In this document: positions 17,809-26,349 of the stretch, in pieces
Layout: the number at the start of each line of letters is the position of its first letter
How positions within the stretch are numbered: position 1 is the first letter of the stretch
Source: a virus
Lineage: Duplodnaviria > Caudoviricetes
IMG/VR virus record: IMGVR_UViG_3300016670_000081
Coordinates: 1 to 27,786 of that record
DNA: 27,786 nucleotides
Direction: 5' to 3' (one strand)
Position numbers and translations under genes: made by a program
Notes under the pieces: model-generated
The model's input: the letters and a program-made list of their open reading frames with translations, nothing else
The model's database searches: none
What the model was told of the DNA's origin: nothing

Positions 17809-18924
17809 ATGCCAAGTATTTTTGTTAAAGACGATTTGCGCGCAAGCGTTGAGGCCGCCAGTGGTGGCCGCCAAACCGTGTTGTACACGGCACTGGGCCA
17901 GCCAACCTACATGAACATCATTCCACAGTTCGATGGTCAGGCGGTCGATCCTGGGCTGCCTGCAGGGCCACACGCCATGTTCATCGTGAATGGCGTTACC
18001 AAAAGCGAATACTTCGTCGGCGCATTTCCAGGTCGCGTGATCAATGGCGAAATGCTCAGCTTGCCCGGCGTAGAACCCAGCACCAACATCAATCAGGATC
18101 AAGCCCTCGCCTATGCTCGTGCTTGCGGTGCCGGTCACCATCTGATGACAAACGCTGCCTTTGCCGGTATTGCCTTGTGGTGCCGCGCCAATGGTTTTCA
18201 ACCGCGCGGCAATACCAATTATGGCCGCTCAAGCGATGCTCCATGGGAAACGGCCCGTCGTATCGACGGCCTCTCCCCTGGCTCGGCCGGTACGGCGCAT
18301 ACGTTGACCGGTTCAGGCCCAGCATCGTGGCGCCACGATAACACTGCCTCGGGAATCTCTGATTTGTGCGGCAACATCTGGGAGTGGACTCCGGGTATCC
18401 GTCTGATGGGCGGGGAGATCCAGATTATTGCGAACAACAATGCGGCACTGTCATCGACAGACCTGTCAGCGCAATCTAACGAATGGCGTGCCATTAACGG
18501 TGCCAACGGAACACTTGTCGCGCCGACCTTTACCGGCTCCGTTGTGGGAGGAAATTACGTGCCTACGACGCCGAATTCGGTGCGCATGGATGCAGAAGGT
18601 GCTGCCAATTACACGCTGGTTTCCTCATACGGACAGAGCTTTGAGACGATGAAAAATCCCGGAGCGGTGCCTGTTGGCGCAGCTGCACTGGCAATCCTTA
18701 AATCGCTGGGCGTGTTTCCAGTTGATAGCCTGCTCGGCGGCACGATTGCCGCGCCGGCAGCGAATGCTGATGGCATCTGGACTGCACAAACTGGTGAACG
18801 CCAGTCACTACGCGGCGGCAGTTGGAACTATGGAGCCAATGCCGGCCTGTTTGCACTGGACCTGGCCAGTGCAAGAACACTCGCCAACTCATTCATTGGC
18901 GGCCGGTCCGCTTTTGTTCTCTAA
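17809..18924 (+). CDS. Mtd-like receptor-binding protein (CLec / FGE-sulfatase fold)
   Basis: 'GHHLMTNA', 'TLTGSGPASWRHD', 'GISDLCGNIWEW', C-term 'RGGSW....AGLFAL.L...R......IGGR'. Confidence 0.85.
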   Translation: MPSIFVKDDLRASVEAASGGRQTVLYTALGQPTYMNIIPQFDGQAVDPGLPAGPHAMFIVNGVTKSEYFVGAFPGRVINGEMLSLPGVEPSTNINQDQALAYARACGAGHHLMTNAAFAGIALWCRANGFQPRGNTNYGRSSDAPWETARRIDGLSPGSAGTAHTLTGSGPASWRHDNTASGISDLCGNIWEWTPGIRLMGGEIQIIANNNAALSSTDLSAQSNEWRAINGANGTLVAPTFTGSVVGGNYVPTTPNSVRMDAEGAANYTLVSSYGQSFETMKNPGAVPVGAAALAILKSLGVFPVDSLLGGTIAAPAANADGIWTAQTGERQSLRGGSWNYGANAGLFALDLASARTLANSFIGGRSAFVL

Positions 18925-18986
18925 CCAAGCGGCCCGTTCAGACAACGATCTGACCACCTGCAAATATACCTTGAAGGACGTAACAA

Positions 18987-20162
18987 ATGGCAACTGACTA
19001 CCACCATGGCGTGCGCGTCATCGAAATAAACGAAGGCTCGCGCCCCATCCGTACCGTATCGACGGCCGTGCTGGGCCTGATCGCCACCGCCAACGACGCC
19101 GACCCGGAAGCGTTCCCGCTCGACACGCCCGTGCTCGTCACCAACGTGCTGGCCGCCATGGGCAAGGCTGGCAAGACCGGCACGCTGTACCGTGCACTGG
19201 AAGCCATCGCCGCGCAGACCAAGCCGCTCACAGTCGTGGTGCGCGTGGAAGATGCGGACACAGAAGCCGAAACCACCACCAATGTGGTGGGCGGCGTGTC
19301 GCATGACGGCAAGTACATCGGCGCCAAGGCGCTGCTGGCCGCGCAAAGCAAGCTCGGCGTCAAGCCACGCATCCTGGGCGCACCGGGTCTGGACAATAAA
19401 GCGGTGACCAATGCCCTGGCCAGCGTCGCCCAGCAGCTGCGCGGCTTTGTCTACGCATCGGCCTATGGCTGCAGCAACGCCGTTGCCGCCACCACCTATC
19501 GCGGCCAATTCGGCCAGCGCGAAGTGATGATGATCTGGCCCGACTTCGTCAATTGGGATACGGCCATTGATGCCGAAGCCAGCATGTCGGCCGTGGCCTA
19601 TGCCATGGGGCTGCGCGCCAAGATCGACGAGGAAACCGGCTGGCACAAGACGCTGTCCAACGTGGTCGTCAACGGCCCGACCGGCATCAGCAAAGATGTG
19701 TTTTTCGATCTGCAAGACCCGGCCACCGACGCCGGCGTGCTCAACGCCAAGGAAGTGACCACCCTGATTAACATGGGCGGCTACCGCTTCTGGGGTTCGC
19801 GCACCTGCGAAGCGCCAGGCGGATTTTTCTATTTTGAAAGCTACACGCGCACGGCCCAAGTGCTGGCCGACACCATCGCCGAAGCGCATTTCGCGTTTGT
19901 CGATGTACCGCTGCACCCCTCCCTGGTGCGCGACCTGCTGGAAAGCATCAATGCCAAGTTCCGTGACCTGAAACGCCAGGGCTACATCATCGACGGCACC
20001 GCCTGGTATGACGAGCAGTACAACGAAAAGGACGCGCTCAAGAACGGCATGCTGGCCATCGACTACGACTACACACCCGTGCCGCCGCTGGAAAACCTGA
20101 AATTCCAGCAGCGCATTACCGACCGCTACATGGCCGACTTCGCTTCGCGCATCGCGGTCTAA
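18987..20162 (+). CDS. FI: Tail sheath protein (P2 FI)
   Basis: 'DYHHGVRVIEINEGSRPI', 'GVKPRILGAPG', 'GWHKTLSN', 'YDYTPVPPLENL'. Confidence 0.97.
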   Translation: MATDYHHGVRVIEINEGSRPIRTVSTAVLGLIATANDADPEAFPLDTPVLVTNVLAAMGKAGKTGTLYRALEAIAAQTKPLTVVVRVEDADTEAETTTNVVGGVSHDGKYIGAKALLAAQSKLGVKPRILGAPGLDNKAVTNALASVAQQLRGFVYASAYGCSNAVAATTYRGQFGQREVMMIWPDFVNWDTAIDAEASMSAVAYAMGLRAKIDEETGWHKTLSNVVVNGPTGISKDVFFDLQDPATDAGVLNAKEVTTLINMGGYRFWGSRTCEAPGGFFYFESYTRTAQVLADTIAEAHFAFVDVPLHPSLVRDLLESINAKFRDLKRQGYIIDGTAWYDEQYNEKDALKNGMLAIDYDYTPVPPLENLKFQQRITDRYMADFASRIAV

Positions 20163-20216
20163 CTGTCGCCACCCTGCCCGCGCCTGCGCGGGCGCATCGA
20201 ATCACCGGAGAACACT

Positions 20217-20726
20217 ATGGGCCTGCCCCGCAAACTGAAGAACTTCAACCTGTTTCAAAACGGCGTGTCCTTTGTCGGCATGGTGCCCGAAGTCACCCTG
20301 CCCAAGCTCAGCCGCAAGATGGAAGAGTACCGCGCCGCCGGCATGACCGGCCCCGTGTCGGTCGACTTCGGCAACGAAGCCGTGTCGATTGAATGGAGCG
20401 CCGGCGGCCTGATTGCCGAAGCGCTCAAGCAATACGGCGCCAGTTCGCACGGCGCCGTGCAGCTGCGCTTTGCCGGCGCCTACCAGGAAGACGATGACGG
20501 CACCGTGACCGCCGTTGAAGTCGTCGTGCGTGGTCGCTACAAGGAAATCGACATGGGCACGGCCAAGATGGCCGACGACACCACCCACAAGTACACCATG
20601 GCCTGCAGCTACTACAAGCTGATGATCGACGGCGCCAACGTCATCGAGCTGGACTTCATGAGCGGCACGGAGATCATCGGCGGCACCGATGTCAATGCCG
20701 CTATTCGCAAGGCCATCGGCCTGTAA
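20217..20726 (+). CDS. FII: Tail tube protein (P2 FII)
   Basis: 'MGLPRKLKNFNLF', 'TLPKLSRKMEEYR', 'QLRFAGAYQ', 'RKAIGL'. Confidence 0.97.
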   Translation: MGLPRKLKNFNLFQNGVSFVGMVPEVTLPKLSRKMEEYRAAGMTGPVSVDFGNEAVSIEWSAGGLIAEALKQYGASSHGAVQLRFAGAYQEDDDGTVTAVEVVVRGRYKEIDMGTAKMADDTTHKYTMACSYYKLMIDGANVIELDFMSGTEIIGGTDVNAAIRKAIGL

Positions 20727-20761
20727 TACCCCTTTTTTACAACCACCAATAGAAAGAGCAT

Positions 20762-21070
20762 ATGAACAACGAAACCCAAAACCAGGCTGTTATCGAACTG
20801 GACGAGCCCATCAAGCGCGGCGACAACCTGATTACCACGCTGACCGTGCGCAAACCCAAGGCTGGCGCCCTGCGCGGTATCTCGCTGATCGAGCTGGCCA
20901 ACCTGAACGTGTCGGCCCTGCAGATCGTGCTGCCGCGTATTACCGAGCCGACCCTGACCGCGCATGACGTAGCCAATATGGACCCGGCCGACCTGCTGGC
21001 CGTGGGCGCCGAGGTCGCAGGTTTTTTGGCGAGCAAAGCAGATCGCCTTTCGGTATCCCCGGCCAAGTAG
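20762..21070 (+). CDS. E: Tail assembly chaperone (P2 gpE)
   Basis: 'LDEPIKRG', 'RKPKAGALRG', 'LPRITEP', 'MDPADL'. Confidence 0.93.
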   Translation: MNNETQNQAVIELDEPIKRGDNLITTLTVRKPKAGALRGISLIELANLNVSALQIVLPRITEPTLTAHDVANMDPADLLAVGAEVAGFLASKADRLSVSPAK

Positions 21071-21192
21071 AAGACGCCATGGCCGACATTGCCGGCGTCT
21101 TCCACTGGACGCCGGCAGCGATGGCCGATTTTACGATTGATGAACTGATGGCCTGGCGCGAACGCGCCAGGCAACGTAGCGGAGCGGAATAG
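21022..21192 (+). CDS. E': gpE' extension reached by -1 programmed frameshift (E+E')
   Basis: Slippery TTTTTTG at 21022-21028; the -1 frame is open through 'MADIAGVFHWTP...ELMAWRERAR' (ATG 21079) to TAG 21190-21192. Confidence 0.88.
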   Translation, partial: FFGEQSRSPFGIPGQVEDAMADIAGVFHWTPAAMADFTIDELMAWRERARQRSGAE

Positions 21193-24100
21193 ATGGCTGG
21201 TCGTGACTTGAAGTTACAGGTAGTGTTTTCGGCGCTGGACAGGATTACTGCGCCGCTCAAGAAAATCATGAGCGGCTCCAGCGACACGGCCAAGGCGCTG
21301 AAAGCGACCAGCGACCGCTTGCGCGAGCTGAACACCCAGCAAAAGAACATCGGCAAATTCCGTGAACTGCATGGCGGCCTGGACGCGACCCGCACCAAGC
21401 TGGAAGCGGCGCAGCAAAAAGTGGCCAGCCTGGCCACCAAAATGAAACAGGTGGAAAACCCGACACGCGCCATGACACGCGAGTTTAACGCTGCAGTCAA
21501 AGCGGCCAGCGCATTGAAGACGGCCGGGCAGCAGCAAGCCCAGCAGTTGCAGGTCATGCGCGAGCGCCTGGCCGGAGCCGGCATCGGCACCAAAGACCTG
21601 GCCAACCACGAGCGCAACCTGCGCCGCGAGATTGAAGCCACCAACAAAACAATGACTCAGCAACAGCAGCGCCTGGCCAACTCAGCCGCCAAGCAGCAGC
21701 GCGTTGCCAATGCCACCCAGCATGCGGACAGGCTGCGCAACAAAGCCGGCAATATGGCTGCAGCTGGCGCCGGCGCAACGGCAGCTGGCGCAGTGGTAGG
21801 CGCGCCCATCGTCAAGGGACTGAACGAAGCCAAGCACTATCAAACCGAAGTTGGCCGTGTCAAGGCGCTTGGCCTGGGCGACAAGGTATCGGCCGAAGCC
21901 GTCGCGTTTGCGCGCAATATGAAAACCTACGGCACCAGCCAGCTCGACAACCTGCAGCTCATGCGCGACGGCATGAGTGCCTTTGCCGATGTACACCACG
22001 CGGAAATGGTCGCGCCTACCCTGGCCAAGATGAAGTTTGCCAACCACGCCTTTTTTGGCGAGGAAGAAGGCGCGGACAATGAACGCAAGTTCATGGACAT
22101 GCTCAAGGTGATCGAGCTGCGTGGCGGCCTGGAAAGCAAAGAAAAATTCGAAGCCCAAGCCAACATCGTGCAACAGGTCATTACCGCCACCGGTGGGCGC
22201 GTGGGGCCGAACGAGTGGCTGAACATGATCAAGACCGGCGGCCTTGCCGCCAAAGGCTTGCGCGATGATGCCTTCTACTATCAGATGGAGCCGCTGGTGC
22301 AGGAAATGAGCGGCAACCGCGTCGGTACGTCCTTGATGAGTGCCTACCAGAACTTGTACCAGGGCCGCACCACAAAACGCTCGGCCAAGAAGCTGGAAGA
22401 GTTCGGCCTGATCGGTGACAAGAGCAAGGTCAAACACGACAAGGCGGGGCAAGTCTCGTTCCTCGATCCCGGCGCACTGCTGGGAGCGGACCTGTTCCGC
22501 GAAAACCAGTTCGAATGGATGGAAAAGGTGCTGCTGCCACAACTGGCAAAGAAGGGCATCACTGAAAAAAAACAGGTGCTCGACGCCATCGGCAGTATCT
22601 TTTCGAACCGTACCGCGTCGAACCTGTATTCGCAGATGTATCTGCAGCGCGTGCAGATCCATAAGAACGAAAAGCTCAACCGTGGCGCCGCCAATATTGG
22701 CCAGCTGGAAAAGCTTGGCCGCGACACGGCCGCCGGCAAAGAACTGGAAGCACAGTCAAAGCTGGCCAATCTCAAGCTGACCATGGGCGAGAAAATCCTG
22801 CCGATGTATGCGCGCGGGCTGGAAATGGCCATCAGCGCCGTGACACGCCTCAATGGCTTTATGGAGCACAACCCCACCGTAGCCAAAGCCATGATTACCG
22901 GCTTTGCTGTGCTGGCCGGCCTGCTGCTGGTGATTGGCCCGATCATGCTGGGCATTGCTGCCCTGGTCGGTCCCTACGCCATGCTGCATGTCATGTTTGC
23001 CAAGATGGGCGTGACAGGTGGCGTACTCACGCCCATGCTGCGCGGCCTGGGCGGTGCCTTTATGTGGGCGGGCCGGGCCGTGCTGTGGCTGGGGCGGGCC
23101 CTGATGCTCAATCCGATCGGTATTGCCGTGACGGTCATTGCCGGCGCCGCTTTCCTGATTTACAAATATTGGGAGCCGATCAAGGCATTCTTTGGCGGGC
23201 TGTGGTCAACCGTCAAAGCGGCGTTTGCCGGCGGCTTCGTCGGCGTCAACAGGTTGATCGCCGACTGGTCACCGCTGGGCCTGTTTTACCGCACCTTCGC
23301 GGGCGTGCTGGGGTGGTTCGGTATCGACCTGCCGGCCCGATTTACCGACTTTGCCGCCGGCATTCGTGACCGTTTTGCCAACGGCATGGCACCTTTGGCT
23401 AGCTTCTTTAGCGGCCTCTGGTCGCAGATCAATGCAGCGTCGGCCGGCGGCATCGGCAGTGTTACCGCCCTGATTGCCAACTGGTCACCGCTCGGGGTGT
23501 TTTATCGCGCCTTCGCGGGCGTGCTGGGATGGTTCGGCATCGAGCTGCCGGCCAAATTCACGGACTACGGCGCCAACGTCATTCGCGGCCTGGTCAACGG
23601 CATCACCTCCTCCATGGGACTGGTCAAGGATGCCATCAGCAACGCCGGTAGCAGCACGATTGCCTGGTTCAAGGAAAAGCTGGGGATCCACAGCCCGAGC
23701 CGCGTGTTTGCGCAGCTGGGCGACTACACCATGCAAGGGTTGACGATTGGCCTGGCGCGCAGTGAAGGCACATCGCTAGAGCAGGTCAGCGGCCTTGCCA
23801 AGCGACTGACTCAAATTGGCGCCAGTATCGCCATCGGTACAGCCGTCGGCCCTGCCGCCGCCCTTGGTCAGCAGCCATCCGTCGATGCCCCGGCAAATAG
23901 TAGGTCAGTGCGCCAGGTCGGCGACCTGTTCCCCCACATGGCGCCCGGCAAGGTGGTGCCGGCACCGGCCGCACAGATTGAGGTACGCCCACTGGTACAG
24001 GTCAGCACTGTACAGTCGCCGGCCGTTCCGCTCGATGCGCGCCCCGTGGTCACGCCAGCACCAGACAGTGACGCACTGCGCCAGGTCAATGCACTGGCAC

Positions 24101-25728
24101 GCCAGCTGGGGCAAGACAAGGCCATGCCGACGCCGGTCGCGCCGCTCGATGCGCGCCCACCAGTCACGCCAGCGCCAAACAGCGATGTACTGCGCCAAGC
24201 TGGCGCACTGGCGCGCCAAATGGCGCAGGACAAGGCCGTGCCGGCGCCGGCCGCGCCGCACGATGCACGCCCCCTGCTCACGCCAGCACCGAGCAGCGAC
24301 GCACTGCGCAAGGTCAGCGCACTGGCGCGCCAACTGTTGCAGGACAAAGCCGTGCCGGCGCCGGCCGCGCCGCTCGATGCGCGTCCACCAGTGATGCCAC
24401 CGCCGAACAGTGACGTACTGCGCCAGGTCAACGCGCTGGCGCGCCCACTGGCGCAGGACAAAGCCGTGCCGGCGCCGGCCGCAATGCTCAATGTGCGCCC
24501 ACCAGTCACGCCAGCACCAAGCAACGACGCACTGCGCCAGGCCACCACACTGGCGCGCCAACTGGTGCAAGACAAGGCTGCGCCGGCGCCGGCAGCACCG
24601 CTCGATACGCGCCCCCTGGTCACGCCAGCGCCAAACAACGACGCACTGCGTCAGGTCAATGCACTGGCGCGCCAGCTGGTGCAAGACAAAGCTGTGCCGA
24701 CGCCGGCCGCGCTGTTCGATGCGCGCCCACCAGTCACGCCAGCACCAAACAGCGACGCACTGCGCCAGGTCAGCGCGCTGGCGCGCAAACTGACGCAGGC
24801 CAAAGCCATGCCGGCGCCGGCCACAATGCTCAATGTGCACCCACCAGTTACGCCAGCGCCGGACAGCGATGTACTGCGCCAAGCCAATGCACTGGCGCGC
24901 CAGCTGGTGCAAGACAAGGCTGCGCCGACGCCGGCCGCGCCGCTCGATGCGCGCCCGCTGGTCACGCCAGCGCCGCACAGCGATGTACTGCGCCAGGTCA
25001 GCGCACTGGCGCGCCAGCTGACGCAAGACAAGGCTGTGCCGGCGCCAGCCGCGCCGCTCGATGCACGCCCATTGGTCACGTCAGCACCAAGCAACGACGC
25101 ACTGCGTCAGGCCAGTGCACTGGCGCGCCAGCTGGTGCAAGACAAGGCTGCACCGACGCCAGCGGCGCCGCTCGATGCCCGCCCACCAGTCACGCCGGCG
25201 CCGCACAGCGATGTACTGCGCCAGGTCAGCGCACTGGCGCGCCAGCTGACGCAAGAAAAGGCTGTGCCGACGCCGGCCGTGCCGCTCGATGCGCGCCCGC
25301 CAGCCACGCCAGCGCCGAGCAGTGACGCACTGCGCCAGGCCGCCACACTGGCGCGCCAGCTGGTGCAGGCCAATCCTGTGCCGGCACCAGCTGCACCGCT
25401 CAATGCACGCCCACTGGCCACGCCGGCACCGAACAACGACGCGCTGCGCCAAGTCAGCGGACTGGCACGCCAGCTGGCACAGCTCGGTGCTGGAATCAAT
25501 ATCAATGGTGGGAGCGATACACCAGCGATAGCGTTTGATACGCGGCCACCGGTAACAATGCGCGGCCACACCGCCACCTACGACAGCCACGACACGGTGC
25601 AGATTCACATCGCGCCGACACCTGGCATGGACGCGCAGGCGATTGCCCGCGCTGTCTATGCAGCGATGGAGCAGCGCGACCGTGAAAAGGCCGCCCGTAT
25701 GCGCTCAAGCCTGTCTGATCGCGAATAA
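21193..25728 (+). CDS. T: Tail tape measure protein (P2 gpT) with expanded C-terminal repeat region
   Basis: 'LKLQVVFSALDRITAPL', coiled coil, hydrophobic middle, 'NPIGI', 'KLGIHSPSRVF'; lies between E' and U; 1511 aa. Confidence 0.95.
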   Translation: MAGRDLKLQVVFSALDRITAPLKKIMSGSSDTAKALKATSDRLRELNTQQKNIGKFRELHGGLDATRTKLEAAQQKVASLATKMKQVENPTRAMTREFNAAVKAASALKTAGQQQAQQLQVMRERLAGAGIGTKDLANHERNLRREIEATNKTMTQQQQRLANSAAKQQRVANATQHADRLRNKAGNMAAAGAGATAAGAVVGAPIVKGLNEAKHYQTEVGRVKALGLGDKVSAEAVAFARNMKTYGTSQLDNLQLMRDGMSAFADVHHAEMVAPTLAKMKFANHAFFGEEEGADNERKFMDMLKVIELRGGLESKEKFEAQANIVQQVITATGGRVGPNEWLNMIKTGGLAAKGLRDDAFYYQMEPLVQEMSGNRVGTSLMSAYQNLYQGRTTKRSAKKLEEFGLIGDKSKVKHDKAGQVSFLDPGALLGADLFRENQFEWMEKVLLPQLAKKGITEKKQVLDAIGSIFSNRTASNLYSQMYLQRVQIHKNEKLNRGAANIGQLEKLGRDTAAGKELEAQSKLANLKLTMGEKILPMYARGLEMAISAVTRLNGFMEHNPTVAKAMITGFAVLAGLLLVIGPIMLGIAALVGPYAMLHVMFAKMGVTGGVLTPMLRGLGGAFMWAGRAVLWLGRALMLNPIGIAVTVIAGAAFLIYKYWEPIKAFFGGLWSTVKAAFAGGFVGVNRLIADWSPLGLFYRTFAGVLGWFGIDLPARFTDFAAGIRDRFANGMAPLASFFSGLWSQINAASAGGIGSVTALIANWSPLGVFYRAFAGVLGWFGIELPAKFTDYGANVIRGLVNGITSSMGLVKDAISNAGSSTIAWFKEKLGIHSPSRVFAQLGDYTMQGLTIGLARSEGTSLEQVSGLAKRLTQIGASIAIGTAVGPAAALGQQPSVDAPANSRSVRQVGDLFPHMAPGKVVPAPAAQIEVRPLVQVSTVQSPAVPLDARPVVTPAPDSDALRQVNALARQLGQDKAMPTPVAPLDARPPVTPAPNSDVLRQAGALARQMAQDKAVPAPAAPHDARPLLTPAPSSDALRKVSALARQLLQDKAVPAPAAPLDARPPVMPPPNSDVLRQVNALARPLAQDKAVPAPAAMLNVRPPVTPAPSNDALRQATTLARQLVQDKAAPAPAAPLDTRPLVTPAPNNDALRQVNALARQLVQDKAVPTPAALFDARPPVTPAPNSDALRQVSALARKLTQAKAMPAPATMLNVHPPVTPAPDSDVLRQANALARQLVQDKAAPTPAAPLDARPLVTPAPHSDVLRQVSALARQLTQDKAVPAPAAPLDARPLVTSAPSNDALRQASALARQLVQDKAAPTPAAPLDARPPVTPAPHSDVLRQVSALARQLTQEKAVPTPAVPLDARPPATPAPSSDALRQAATLARQLVQANPVPAPAAPLNARPLATPAPNNDALRQVSGLARQLAQLGAGININGGSDTPAIAFDTRPPVTMRGHTATYDSHDTVQIHIAPTPGMDAQAIARAVYAAMEQRDREKAARMRSSLSDRE
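23265..23570 (+). repeat. Internal duplication in T, 216-bp (72-aa) period
   Basis: 'WSPLGLFYRTFAGVLGWFGIDLPARFTD' at ~23265 and 'WSPLGVFYRAFAGVLGWFGIELPAKFTD' at ~23481. Confidence 0.85.
24031..25485 (+). repeat. Tandem array of 114-bp (38-aa) coding repeats, 12 full plus 1 partial
   Basis: Unit starts at 24031, 24145, 24259, 24373, 24487, 24601, 24715, 24829, 24943, 25057, 25171, 25285, 25399; consensus about LDARPPVTPAPNSDALRQVSALARQLVQDKAVPAPAAP. Confidence 0.97.
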
Positions 25729-25740
25729 AGGAAACGCACC

Positions 25741-26349
25741 ATGATGATGATTTTAGGAATGTTCGTATTCAGCCTGCCCACGCTGGCTTACCACGAGCTG
25801 CAACGCCAAACCGAATGGAAGCATGCCGCGACTGCCCGCGTGGGCATGCGCGACGCGCACCAGTATGTAGGGCCGGGTGACGACACCATTACCCTGTCCG
25901 GCTGGGTGGCGCCGGAGCTGACCGGCTCCCTGTATTCGCTCGATGCGCTGCGCATGATGGCCGACACGGGCAAGTCGTGGATTCTGATACAGGGCACCGG
26001 CCGCATACTCGGCTCGTACCGCATCACCAGCATGACCGAAGGCCGCAGCATCCTGGACGGCAGCGGCGGCGCGCGGCGCGTCGAGTTCTCGATTGCGCTC
26101 AAGCGCGACGATGATGGCGTGCTGGCCATGGTCGGCCTGGGCGACATTGGCGACTTGAAAAACATGCTCAGTATCGACGGCATGACCAGCGGCATCGCCG
26201 GCGCCGCGAAGAGTGCCGTGGGCAGCGTGGTCGGCAATGCCATTGGAGGCATTACCGCCAAGTACGGCAGCGTGGTCAGCGAGATGAAGGACAAGATCGG
26301 CGGCAGCATCAGCGATGCGGTCGGCCGTGCAGCGGACAAGTTCAAATGA
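25741..26349 (+). CDS. U: Tail protein (P2 gpU)
   Basis: 'MMILGMFVF', 'QYVGPGDDTITLSG', 'LIQGTGRILG', 'RRVEFSIALKR'; Gly/Ser-rich C-terminal tail. Confidence 0.94.
   Translation: MMMILGMFVFSLPTLAYHELQRQTEWKHAATARVGMRDAHQYVGPGDDTITLSGWVAPELTGSLYSLDALRMMADTGKSWILIQGTGRILGSYRITSMTEGRSILDGSGGARRVEFSIALKRDDDGVLAMVGLGDIGDLKNMLSIDGMTSGIAGAAKSAVGSVVGNAIGGITAKYGSVVSEMKDKIGGSISDAVGRAADKFK

Noticed and set aside
17809-18924. Formylglycine-generating enzyme (sulfatase maturation)
   Set aside because: It shares the fold motifs only; the catalytic Cys pair after RGGS is absent and the context is the tail tip.
17809-18986. Complete diversity-generating retroelement
   Set aside because: No reverse transcriptase motif, Avd-like ORF or AAC-rich template repeat was seen in the window.
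20176-20193. GC hairpin between FI and FII as a terminator
   Set aside because: No U-tract and it lies mid-operon; at most an mRNA stability element.
24031-25485. CRISPR or ncRNA array
   Set aside because: Units are similar along their whole length with no unique spacers, the period is a multiple of 3, and they lie in frame in T. No cas genes are present.
23868-25608. Long antisense and alternate-frame ORFs over the repeat array
   Set aside because: These are expected shadows of GC-rich repeats lacking stops; the translations are low-complexity with no independent signals.
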